A DNA stretch of 64,000 bases from a virus (IMGVR_UViG_3300007512_000009:1-64000), one strand, 5' to 3'; positions 16,443 through 24,644 are shown, numbered from the stretch's first letter. The notes: a model not told the origin generated them from the sequence alone. A program made the numbers and translations.

Positions 16443-16908
16443 GGAAGTTCGTAAAGAAGCACTAGAAAACTTATACGAGAACATTGCATTGTTCTTCACA
16501 ATTGGTTTTGCACTTATTGTGGGTGGTATATTTGTAATGTTCTGGGTAAGCAGAAAACTCGGTGGGACGATATTAGCAATCGGATTCCTTACTGTAGGTT
16601 TCGCAACCGCAAGTCAGTATTATCTTGAAGAGATGGCTCAAGTTGGGTTATACATCTTTATTGGTGGGTTCTTATTGACTGCTGTTATTGTTGGATTTAT
16701 GTTACTTAACGGAAAACATAACGAAAAAGCATTACTTGAAATTGTAGAACTCATTGAAGAAATGAAAGAACACCTTGACGATGAAGAGAGAAAAGAAATC
16801 TTTGGACGAGATGGGTTTGCTAGTCGTCTAACAAGTCCTATGACAAAGAAAATAGTATCTCAAATCAAAATCAAAAATGGATTTAAAAATTTAAACAAAA
16901 ATAAATAA
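15994..16908 (+). CDS. Lipoprotein with periplasmic coiled coil and C-terminal TM helices (unimolecular-spanin-like architecture)
   Basis: GGAGGT RBS; lipobox TSG-C18; about 140 aa of acidic heptads, then about 3 hydrophobic segments and a soluble tail. Confidence 0.75.
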   Translation: MMKKLIMVFATLTMTSGCEMFQEVTGEAPANTSSTVVDSVREQREQTDEITNASEVIGNDLKKIDDQANSILNDIALVPEDRNYNIDPTLESIEDSAETIKETVDNSQKEQIRIDESLEDLEQANNRVAAAVGQIEELEDLVTEYEQSDREVRKEALENLYENIALFFTIGFALIVGGIFVMFWVSRKLGGTILAIGFLTVGFATASQYYLEEMAQVGLYIFIGGFLLTAVIVGFMLLNGKHNEKALLEIVELIEEMKEHLDDEERKEIFGRDGFASRLTSPMTKKIVSQIKIKNGFKNLNKNK

Positions 16909-16952
16909 TAACAGTTTTAAACCCGTACAAACAGATAAAAAGGATTATCAGT

Positions 16953-17351
16953 ATGAAACCGAACAATTTTAGAAGTCTAAGCGAATCAGCGAGAAAGGTA
17001 TTAAATAGAGAATACACATGTTCTCCTACTAAAGAGCAGTTACAATCACTTATCACTGAGCAAGGTACAACCATGCCTGGCGAGGCAGCAATTCAATCAA
17101 TCATGAGCAACTGGGGTAATAATAACTGTGGTGGCCCATGGTGTGGAGATTTTAATGGTGATGGAGTTGTTGATGTACAAGACTTGCTATGGGTTCTTCA
17201 CAATTGGGGAGATTTTGGTCCTCAAGGCGCTCAAGCACCTGCACCTACTTTGACTACACAACGACCATCACAACGACCAACAACTGGAGGAGTCATGCGT
17301 CCCCCATCACAACGACCACAACGAAGCAATTTTGGGATTCGGAAGACGTAG
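16953..17351 (+). CDS. Dockerin-like/EF-hand motif protein with leader type 3
   Basis: Leader MKPNNFRSLSESARKVL. IMSNWG...CGDFNGDGVVDVQDLLWVLHNWG. Confidence 0.75.
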   Translation: MKPNNFRSLSESARKVLNREYTCSPTKEQLQSLITEQGTTMPGEAAIQSIMSNWGNNNCGGPWCGDFNGDGVVDVQDLLWVLHNWGDFGPQGAQAPAPTLTTQRPSQRPTTGGVMRPPSQRPQRSNFGIRKT

Positions 17352-17408
17352 ATAATAATATAAACCCAGACTTGATAGAAAATTGATGTAGTTGGTTGTT
17401 CACTTAGT

Positions 17409-17861
17409 ATGAAACCAGAAGATTTCAGAAATTTAACAGAAAGTGCTAGGCAGATTTTGTCTGGTGAACCTTCATCACTAGTTGAATTCAACAACATGTT
17501 ACAGCCTAACTATCTTGAACGTGAATATGACCTTGATGACCTACCAGACGACCTCTTCCCAGAAAAAGAAGAAGAACCAGAAGAAATAACCCCCAACCCA
17601 TATGGTCTAACTCTTTTGGGAATTTTAGGTTTATTATCGAGAGGGCTTACATTTGCTCAAATTGCCGGAATGTATGGTGTACCCATATGGTTTGTGTTGC
17701 TGTTTCTGAGGGCAAACCCAGATTTGAGTCCAGACAACCCAATCACTGACCCATATAAACCAGGCGGAAAGGAAGAAGGCAACCCAGAGCATCCCGGCTG
17801 GGGTGGTGGTAGCAGGTGGAGAGTTGGTGCACCATCAGATAACCAACCACACCAAGCATAA
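17409..17861 (+). CDS. Pro-rich hypothetical protein with leader type 3
   Basis: Leader MKPEDFRNLTESARQIL. Central hydrophobic segment. Confidence 0.7.
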   Translation: MKPEDFRNLTESARQILSGEPSSLVEFNNMLQPNYLEREYDLDDLPDDLFPEKEEEPEEITPNPYGLTLLGILGLLSRGLTFAQIAGMYGVPIWFVLLFLRANPDLSPDNPITDPYKPGGKEEGNPEHPGWGGGSRWRVGAPSDNQPHQA

Positions 17862-17865
17862 ATTT

Positions 17866-18438
17866 TTATAAAATTTCGAAAAAATAATACTTACAGATGA
17901 AGTAGGAATCCACGATATCACTGACTGGATTACCTACTTTTTCTCTATTTGGAATCATTATTTCTTTTAGGTCGATACCAGTTTCTTTCAACCAAGCATC
18001 ATACATATCGTCTTTGGTTGCATTGCCTTTACCAGTAGCAAATTTTTTAATAACTGATGGGGAGTAAGTATCGAACGGTGTGTTTGATTCCCAAAGTTTG
18101 TGTTTCAATAACCCTGTATTTTCCGCAACTTGAAATACACGACCAGTTGCGTTGAATGCATACCCTTCTATTGCTACAAAATCGAATTTGAAACAATGCT
18201 GAACCGCCCAATGAGATATCATCTCAAACCGTTCTTCATCTGATTTATGTTTTTTGGGCTGCAAAGTTCCGTGAAACTCTGAGTGTTCACCGAATTTCTT
18301 TGCTAGTTTTTTAACCGAAGTCAAATAATAAAATTGACAATTTCGGAAATCCCATCGTTTTCCAATATGAGTACATATTGCAGGGGATGTCATACTATAA
18401 TCTATGCCGGCTATCCGTTGCATATTTTTATTTATCAA
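17866..18438 (-). CDS. RuvC-like Holliday junction resolvase/nuclease
   Basis: IAGIDYSMTSPA, VAIEGYAF, KKFATGKGNATK, DIVDSY. Confidence 0.8.
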   Translation of the reverse strand: MINKNMQRIAGIDYSMTSPAICTHIGKRWDFRNCQFYYLTSVKKLAKKFGEHSEFHGTLQPKKHKSDEERFEMISHWAVQHCFKFDFVAIEGYAFNATGRVFQVAENTGLLKHKLWESNTPFDTYSPSVIKKFATGKGNATKDDMYDAWLKETGIDLKEIMIPNREKVGNPVSDIVDSYFICKYYFFEIL

Positions 18439-18442
18439 TTTT

Positions 18443-18580
18443 TTAGAATATTGTCAAGAGGAATCGTCCGATGACAACACCGATAAAAAAACCACCAACA
18501 ATAAACACCCCAGTTCCAATGCGTTCTCCCACACTACCTTCCATCCTTAATAATTTAATAATTCTGTTCCATCTCTTCAT
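18443..18580 (-). CDS. 45-aa membrane peptide (not in ORF track)
   Basis: MKRWNRIIKLLRMEGSVGERIGTGVFIVGGFFIGVVIGRFLLTIF. Fills the gap between the protease and RuvC-like genes. Confidence 0.6.
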   Translation of the reverse strand: MKRWNRIIKLLRMEGSVGERIGTGVFIVGGFFIGVVIGRFLLTIF

Positions 18581-19370
18581 TCAACATCTCCAATTCTATC
18601 CAATCTAGGTGTTTAGCAATAATAACTGCTGAACATTCCGTTATATCGTCAACACCTTTATAATTTTTCAGTACCGTAAACGTGCTTATAATCCCAACCA
18701 AGTATTTTTTACCTTCAAATCTGGTAAAAACCCCACCACCGCTATCACCAAACCAAACTGATATTGGTCTTGGGATAAATTTCATAGTATTTGGTTCTTC
18801 AACAATTGTACCGAAGTACCTGAACACTTTGTATTTACTGTATTTTTTATATCCAAAGGAGAAACCGACAGTTGTTATTGGGTCATACCTTTCCATCCAT
18901 TCAACACATCCAATTTTTGCGGGTTTGTATTTTGAATCACACTCTAAGAAAATAATACCAATATCATTTTTTACCCGCCCTAATGTATTGCTGTAATGGG
19001 GATGCAACACCATTTTCTTGACACCAATTTCTTCATCGTCACCAAACTTTACCGAGAAAATTGAATCATCGTCTATACAATGACCTGCCGTTAGAACTAC
19101 ATCAGGACGAATAAGAGTACCACTACCAATTAATCTTCCATCCGAGTCATGTAGACTACCTACAGACGGATAAGGGTCGTTGCCTTGAGTTACCCTGTTG
19201 AACCATTCTGATAGTGGGTCAACAAGAAGAACGGAATCAACAGGAGTAACAGTGTTGTTTATTTCTGGTGTGGGGACTGGGACTAAATCGGAGGATGAAT
19301 TTCTGCTAACACATCCTATTATTAATAAGCATAACAAAAGGACTGAGAAATATTTAGTTGTCCTAACCAT
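18555..19370 (-). CDS. Trypsin-like (S1) serine protease, lipoprotein
   Basis: Lipobox LIIG-C. Triad motifs VLTAGHC, NDIGII, GDSGGG. Confidence 0.9.
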   Translation of the reverse strand: MVRTTKYFSVLLLCLLIIGCVSRNSSSDLVPVPTPEINNTVTPVDSVLLVDPLSEWFNRVTQGNDPYPSVGSLHDSDGRLIGSGTLIRPDVVLTAGHCIDDDSIFSVKFGDDEEIGVKKMVLHPHYSNTLGRVKNDIGIIFLECDSKYKPAKIGCVEWMERYDPITTVGFSFGYKKYSKYKVFRYFGTIVEEPNTMKFIPRPISVWFGDSGGGVFTRFEGKKYLVGIISTFTVLKNYKGVDDITECSAVIIAKHLDWIELEMLNEEMEQNY

Positions 19371-19376
19371 ACGTAT

Positions 19377-19384
19377 TATTTATA
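19377..19384 (-). promoter_or_regulatory. T4-type late promoter (TATAAATA on minus strand)
   Basis: TATTTATA on the plus strand, 6 nt before the protease start codon. Confidence 0.7.
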
Positions 19385-19434
19385 AGCCGTGGCACCTTTA
19401 ATAACAATACTGAGTGAAGAGGAGAATATTCTCG

Positions 19435-20340
19435 TCAAGGACAAACGCTCTCATGAAGGCAGGTTAACTCGTCGACTTCGGTGGGATTCAATCTTCTCCC
19501 AACCACCCAAAAACATGTCTTTTCATTTTCGGTGTCAATGTTCTCTCTCATCCATCGATGTGCCTTCCCCTCATAGATGTCATCCAACGGAACATCTCCA
19601 ATATTTTCCCAAACAGATTTTGAGTACGCATGCTTGGTCAACACAATCTCATAATCATCAAATTCTGTTATCTCTTCTTCTGGAAAATTCTCGTATTTGA
19701 ATCTATCGAGATGCTTATTGATACTTTTAGTCCTATCACAAAAAGAAACACCCACAATGCGTTTTACCTTTTTATTGTACTTTTTAAGACCACGTATGAT
19801 ACCTGCAAATTGGATACCACTTCCCACTGGAATCACCAAATTATCTAATTCATCAGGTATGTTTGCAACTTGGTCGGTAACACCATCGAAAATCGCTTCT
19901 GGGTTGGACTCTAGAGAGATTGCAAATTTGATTAACTTGTATCCGTTATGTGCGATGATTTTCTTTTTAGCACCTGCATCAATAGCAGTGGTCATACCGT
20001 GTCCTGCTACAATGCGAATGTCCGCACCATAGAACTTACTCAACCGCATCATATGGTGGTTGTAAAGTGTTTCCTTTTTAGTACCACCGACAGCGATTAT
20101 GCATTTGAATCCGTGTTCCTGTGCAACCTTTGCGATGATAGCGGATTGGGGACTGTGCACACTGCTAGCAGTGACTACACCACCGTTGTGATTGTCCCTA
20201 ATGTCATCGTGGATTTCATCGAAAAGTTGTACCGCTTGACGTACCTTACCACCATTAACGTGAGTATCCCCAAAGGGTGTGTAAAGGTCATCACGTTTGT
20301 AGAAAATTTTATTATAATACTCGACAGGGGTAACGTCCAC
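19435..20340 (-). CDS. PLP-dependent enzyme, ACC deaminase/D-cysteine desulfhydrase-like (TrpB fold)
   Basis: YKRDDL...NGGKVRQ (PLP Lys), PVGSGIQFAG, LDDIYEGKA. Confidence 0.8.
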   Translation of the reverse strand: MDVTPVEYYNKIFYKRDDLYTPFGDTHVNGGKVRQAVQLFDEIHDDIRDNHNGGVVTASSVHSPQSAIIAKVAQEHGFKCIIAVGGTKKETLYNHHMMRLSKFYGADIRIVAGHGMTTAIDAGAKKKIIAHNGYKLIKFAISLESNPEAIFDGVTDQVANIPDELDNLVIPVGSGIQFAGIIRGLKKYNKKVKRIVGVSFCDRTKSINKHLDRFKYENFPEEEITEFDDYEIVLTKHAYSKSVWENIGDVPLDDIYEGKAHRWMRENIDTENEKTCFWVVGRRLNPTEVDELTCLHESVCP

Positions 20341-20344
20341 ATTG

Positions 20345-20352
20345 TATTTATA
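20345..20352 (-). promoter_or_regulatory. T4-type late promoter (minus strand)
   Basis: TATTTATA directly upstream of the PLP enzyme start. Confidence 0.7.
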
Positions 20353-20373
20353 GAAAGATTTCTAGACCCACAA

Positions 20374-20635
20374 GATACCCCTCTCCTGATATCGAGAAGG
20401 GGGTATTTAAGACAGATGTTCAGCATGTTCACGGAGGGGCGGGAATATATCTTCCCGTGTCCACGGAGCCGGCTGGCTTCTTATCTTATGAGCCCCTACC
20501 GTGCTCACGGAGAGCGTTTCTTGTACCTTCCTTGACTTTCCGTGGTCACGGGGAGATGTTGACCGTCAATCATTGACGATACCCCTTCCTGATATCAGAA
20601 AGACATATGACGACGTACTGTCAGTGCCATATGAA
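20374..20635. other. GC-richer non-coding segment with direct repeats and hairpins at a divergent strand switch
   Basis: GATACCCC-T(C)TCC-TGATATC at 20374 and 20578; four CACGG(A/G)G copies; several short inverted repeats. Confidence 0.55.
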
Positions 20636-20644
20636 TAATATGGG

Positions 20645-20673
20645 TTGACAGAAGCCTCTCGGCATGGTATAAT
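20645..20673 (+). promoter_or_regulatory. sigma70-type early promoter
   Basis: TTGACA-17 nt-TATAAT with extended -10 TG. Confidence 0.9.
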
Positions 20674-20720
20674 ACACGTTGGAATTAATATTCGAAACAT
20701 ATACAGGAGATATTCGAAAA

Positions 20721-21926
20721 ATGACAGGTAAAACACTAAAACGAAAAAATGACTTCCTTGAAGCAATGCGTAATGCAGGTATGGGTTCAGAAGTAACTCG
20801 ACAAGACTTGCTCGACCTTTGTGCTTCAACAGGTATCTACAATGTAATCCCATCGTGGATAACTCATGACAAGACTCGTCGCACAAGTGATAGAAATGTC
20901 TTTGCAATGCATGAGTTGGGTTATGTTGCACAAACTCCTGAAGCGGTTGTTCCTGCCCCTGCCCCTGTGCAGGGTGCAGTTGAGCAACCTTCTTTAACTA
21001 CTGCGTCCATGATTATGGGTATGACTGGTGGTGAACGAGATACTCTCATTCCTGAAAAAATCAACACATATGTCCCATGGGGTAACTTCAAAGATGTTGC
21101 ACAAATCGTGAAAGCAAAGATTTTTTATCCTTGCTTCGTGACTGGTCTTTCAGGTAATGGTAAGACCACCATGATTGAGCAAGTATGTGCGAAAGCGAAG
21201 CGTGACTGCTATCGTGTGAATATCACTCGTCAAACTGACGAAGATGACCTACTAGGTGGATTCCGCCTAATCAACGGTAACACAGTGTGGCAAGACGGCC
21301 CAGTTGTTTCCGCTATGAAAAATGGTGGTGTTCTTCTTCTTGACGAAGTTGACCTTGCATCACATAACGTTATGTGCCTGCAACCTGTCCTTGAAGGTAA
21401 AGGTGTTTTCCTTAAGAAAATCGGTGAATGGGTAACACCTGCAGCCGGCTTCACAGTGTTCGCAACCGCAAATACCAAAGGTAAAGGTAGCGATGATGGT
21501 CGCTTCATCGGTACTAGCGTTATGAACGAAGCATTCCTTGACCGATTCCCTGTGACACTTGAGCAAGAATATGCTCCTCAAAACACTGAGGAAAAAATTC
21601 TTCGCAAAGCGATGGAATCAGTGGATATCGACGATAATGATTTCGCAAAGCACCTAACCAAATGGGCAGGTATCATCCGCAAGTCATTCTACGAAGGTGG
21701 AGTTGATGAAATAATCTCGACTCGTCGCCTCGTGGACATCGTGAAAGCACTCGCAATCTTTGGTGGTGATAAGCCCAAAGCACTCGCAATGTGCCTCGCT
21801 CGATTCGATGATGACACCAAGCAAGGTTTCATGGATTTATACGACAAGGTTGACGGTGATGTTGACCTTAACAATGTAGCAGACACCGACGCAACAGACG
21901 AGGATTCAAACTCATGCCCATTTTAA
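20721..21926 (+). CDS. MoxR/CobS-type AAA+ ATPase of T4-like phages
   Basis: Start moved to ATG at 20721 after AGGAGA. Walker A GLSGNGKT, Walker B LLLDEVD, ATANTKGKG, LDRF. Confidence 0.9.
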   Translation: MTGKTLKRKNDFLEAMRNAGMGSEVTRQDLLDLCASTGIYNVIPSWITHDKTRRTSDRNVFAMHELGYVAQTPEAVVPAPAPVQGAVEQPSLTTASMIMGMTGGERDTLIPEKINTYVPWGNFKDVAQIVKAKIFYPCFVTGLSGNGKTTMIEQVCAKAKRDCYRVNITRQTDEDDLLGGFRLINGNTVWQDGPVVSAMKNGGVLLLDEVDLASHNVMCLQPVLEGKGVFLKKIGEWVTPAAGFTVFATANTKGKGSDDGRFIGTSVMNEAFLDRFPVTLEQEYAPQNTEEKILRKAMESVDIDDNDFAKHLTKWAGIIRKSFYEGGVDEIISTRRLVDIVKALAIFGGDKPKALAMCLARFDDDTKQGFMDLYDKVDGDVDLNNVADTDATDEDSNSCPF

Positions 21927-22015
21927 TGTACGACGATTTCGATACTCAGATTCAATGTGAAGAGATGGAAGGGTTCATCCCTTCTGCGGAGGACTACCAA
22001 GAATGCATATCTTGA
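21914..22015 (+). CDS. 33-aa acidic peptide (not in ORF track)
   Basis: MPILMYDDFDTQIQCEEMEGFIPSAEDYQECIS. Bridges the AAA gene and the ORF at 22003. Confidence 0.45.
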   Translation: MPILMYDDFDTQIQCEEMEGFIPSAEDYQECIS

Positions 22016-22191
22016 GCCACCCAAACACACTTGAATTGTTTTCATTTAAAATTTTGCATCCTGATTTGGTTCAAGTCAAAAAAGACTGTAAACCATACAC
22101 TGAAGACATCCGTGATGGATTTTACTCTATGCGACTTGCCCGCCAACTATGGGAAGCACTAATATCACAAGGATTTGAAAGGTCACTATGA
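22003..22191 (+). CDS. Small early protein, family B
   Basis: C-terminal ARQLWEALISQGF. Confidence 0.65.
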   Translation: MHILSHPNTLELFSFKILHPDLVQVKKDCKPYTEDIRDGFYSMRLARQLWEALISQGFERSL

Positions 22192-22418
22192 ACCCCGAAC
22201 TTCGCTCAAAAAACTATATTTTAACCAAACGTGGGACAGGTTGTGCATATATGTTTAAACCATATACAGGATGTGTCAAAGTGTTAATTAATAATGGTCA
22301 CGGATGGCGTACATATGATTCCGCTATGGTTGCGGGTAACTACGCAATCGCACAAGCAAGGACATTTTGGGATTCCCTAATTAAACAAGGATTTAATAAA
22401 CAACATGAAAACGCATGA
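22188..22418 (+). CDS. Small early protein, family B
   Basis: C-terminal ARTFWDSLIKQGF. Confidence 0.65.
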   Translation: MNPELRSKNYILTKRGTGCAYMFKPYTGCVKVLINNGHGWRTYDSAMVAGNYAIAQARTFWDSLIKQGFNKQHENA

Positions 22419-22887
22419 AATAAAAACATTTAGAAAAACGTACAGACAATATATCAAGCCTTGTGTATTTGAAGGTTACAGACTCGCTGTCCTCTTTGAC
22501 GAAAAAGACACAGTTAAAAACCTTGGTGCTAGGTGGGATAAAGAAGAACAAATTTGGTGGATTCCAAAAGACAAGTTAAACAACAACGATGGTAGGGTTG
22601 GAACTGTTCATGAGTATTTGAATGCCAACAGCATGATTGTTGGTCAGTACGGTGCTAATGCAGATGCGGGATATATCGAACAAAATGGTACACCTAAAAT
22701 GTATTCCCTTATGCATAATGGTAATACGGTATCTGTTGCATGGTACGAAGAGTACGATGCAGTAAGATTCAACCGAGAAGGTATTGCTAGCGAATGGATG
22801 ACCATTGAAGAAGGTAGAAAATATTGGGATTCTCTAATACAAGGTGGATACAGCCGTATGTGGGGGACACACCCAAAAAATGTTTGA
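22405..22887 (+). CDS. DUF5710-like domain fused to a family-B module
   Basis: LAVLFDEKDTVKNLGARWDKEEQIWWIP; C-terminal GRKYWDSLIQGGY. Confidence 0.7.
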   Translation: MKTHEIKTFRKTYRQYIKPCVFEGYRLAVLFDEKDTVKNLGARWDKEEQIWWIPKDKLNNNDGRVGTVHEYLNANSMIVGQYGANADAGYIEQNGTPKMYSLMHNGNTVSVAWYEEYDAVRFNREGIASEWMTIEEGRKYWDSLIQGGYSRMWGTHPKNV

Positions 22888-22912
22888 CATACTACAGCCG
22901 TTGTGGTATAAT
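22884..22912 (+). promoter_or_regulatory. sigma70-type early promoter
   Basis: TTGACA-17-TATAAT; spacer contains AGCCGTT. Confidence 0.9.
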
Positions 22913-22976
22913 ACACGTTAAGCCCCATGGGGCTAAAAAACAAAACCGTTTCTAGAATATAAAGGAAGAAACAAAA

Positions 22977-23420
22977 ATGGATATGAAAAATAAATATAGC
23001 GTTATTAATTATAATTTTGATGATGTAAGTCCAGAGTGGACATACGACAATTTGACAGATGCACGAAAAGCATATGTAGATAGAATTTTAGAATTTGGTG
23101 AAGCCGTTGGGATTGACCTCTCAGAGATGACCTTCTCAAGAAAGCAACTTAAAGCAGTATCTCTCAGTTTTAAGGACAACGATGACGTTCCGAACTGGAT
23201 TGTAAAAGACCACGACCGTCGTGCAATGCAAGGTGTGTATACTATACCAGAAGTTGTTGAAAAGTTTACTGGTGAGTCACCATTGTCGACAATGGTATTA
23301 GTAATAAAAGAAGATGCTGAAGAAGATGCTGACCAATCAGCATACCAGTATGATGACATCGACCCGACCTCTAGTGAGATTGAGTCAATTATTGCTGAAC
23401 TTGAAGAATCCGTAAAATAA
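22977..23420 (+). CDS. Hypothetical early protein
   Basis: 147 aa, AAGGA RBS, acidic tail. Confidence 0.75.
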   Translation: MDMKNKYSVINYNFDDVSPEWTYDNLTDARKAYVDRILEFGEAVGIDLSEMTFSRKQLKAVSLSFKDNDDVPNWIVKDHDRRAMQGVYTIPEVVEKFTGESPLSTMVLVIKEDAEEDADQSAYQYDDIDPTSSEIESIIAELEESVK

Positions 23421-23435
23421 GAAAGGTCTGAACTC

Positions 23436-23708
23436 ATGTTAATCAGAAGTACGTTTCAATATTCCGATGCTTTAAAAGCAATTATTAAGTTAAACAATAA
23501 AATTGATAATGGGGACTTTCAATGGATGCCAATTGAGCAGAGAATCGGGGCTTTATATTCAGCCAATATCGTTGCTGAAACTTTAATGAAGCAAGATGAG
23601 GGTTATTTTACTGATGACGAAATTTATTTTATGATGGGTGCATATAATTCAATCGGTGATGAAATAAACAAAATAACCACTGGTGACCATTCAGAAGACT
23701 GGAGTTAA
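23436..23708 (+). CDS. Hypothetical protein
   Basis: 90 aa, within the early operon, AAGG RBS. Confidence 0.65.
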   Translation: MLIRSTFQYSDALKAIIKLNNKIDNGDFQWMPIEQRIGALYSANIVAETLMKQDEGYFTDDEIYFMMGAYNSIGDEINKITTGDHSEDWS

Positions 23709-23711
23709 TGA

Positions 23712-24032
23712 GTGTTAAAAGTAACTAATAATGGAAAAATAGTACATGCAGTTCTTACCTTCCCAACTAACGAAGAAAGAACCAAATTTTTCGAAACTAA
23801 TTGTTTAGAAAAACACGGTATATCCGAGAATACGTTGGATACAAAAAATGCTTGTTTCATTGATAGCATTAATATTAATCGTTTAGCGGAAATTATTAAA
23901 TTTACTAGAGATAATTTTAGTGGTGTTGAATTTAATACTAGTTGTGGTGGTAATAACCTAAAAGACTGTAGTAAATATGAACGAAAACACGGTAGCCTTT
24001 GCAATTATTGTCAATATATGGAGTTCGGTTAA
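23712..24032 (+). CDS. Hypothetical protein with C-terminal Cys cluster
   Basis: 106 aa, GTG start, GGAG RBS; CGGNNLKDC...CNYC. Confidence 0.6.
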   Translation: MLKVTNNGKIVHAVLTFPTNEERTKFFETNCLEKHGISENTLDTKNACFIDSININRLAEIIKFTRDNFSGVEFNTSCGGNNLKDCSKYERKHGSLCNYCQYMEFG

Positions 24033-24038
24033 AAAAAG

Positions 24039-24398
24039 ATGATTAAAGCACATAATAACAATAATAATAAAAAATTAAAAAGGACTGACAGTGACACTAT
24101 TTTGATAAATCTTAATAATGTGACACGTGCAGACCTTAACAAATGTTTAAAAAATGGTATTTGTGAAGTTAAAACCACCAACAATAAAGGTGTAGAAGAG
24201 GTAATTTATTGTACCCTTAAAGAATTCCATATGGAAAGTGAAAAAGCAAATGATTGGGTTGATTATTCCTATGAGAGTAATATCCTTGTTGTTTGGGATA
24301 TGAACGGAGATGAATGGCGAGGTGGAAAATGGGTTCAAGTTCACATAAATAATATTACACACTTTGAACAACTAACAGGAGTATTGAGAACATCATGA
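24039..24398 (+). CDS. Hypothetical protein (SH3/WYL-like beta barrel possible)
   Basis: LKNGICEV...YCTLKE...VVWDM...W...I pattern seen in T4-like small proteins. Confidence 0.65.
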   Translation: MIKAHNNNNNKKLKRTDSDTILINLNNVTRADLNKCLKNGICEVKTTNNKGVEEVIYCTLKEFHMESEKANDWVDYSYESNILVVWDMNGDEWRGGKWVQVHINNITHFEQLTGVLRTS

Positions 24399-24595
24399 TT
24401 ACATATAATATCGGAGATTCAGTAGTAGAAAGAGATTCTAAAAGAAAAGGTAAAGTTTTAGACCTTCTAGAAGAAAAAAATCCAAACACGGGCGATATCA
24501 CATATTCTGCGGTTAAAGTCCAATTCCCAGATGGGGAAACAGATTGGGTAAATACAGAAAAAGTTTCTATCATGTTAATAGAAAATAGCAGTTAA
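24395..24595 (+). CDS. Small SH3/Tudor-like protein
   Basis: YNIGDSVV...GKVLD...VKVQFPDGETDWV. Confidence 0.65.
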   Translation: MITYNIGDSVVERDSKRKGKVLDLLEEKNPNTGDITYSAVKVQFPDGETDWVNTEKVSIMLIENSS

Positions 24596-24644
24596 TAGAA
24601 TCTTTTAATATATCTTTCCTAATAAATACTTTTGGAGAGGATAC

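Noticed and set aside
19389-20535. Plus-strand ORFs 19389-19700, 19697-20032, 19948-20535
   Set aside because: Antisense shadows of the PLP enzyme gene, with no RBS or recognisable motifs.
20721-21926. cobS cobalamin-biosynthesis AMG
   Set aside because: Only generic MoxR-type AAA motifs are present. This family is routine in T4-like phages and no cob genes are nearby.
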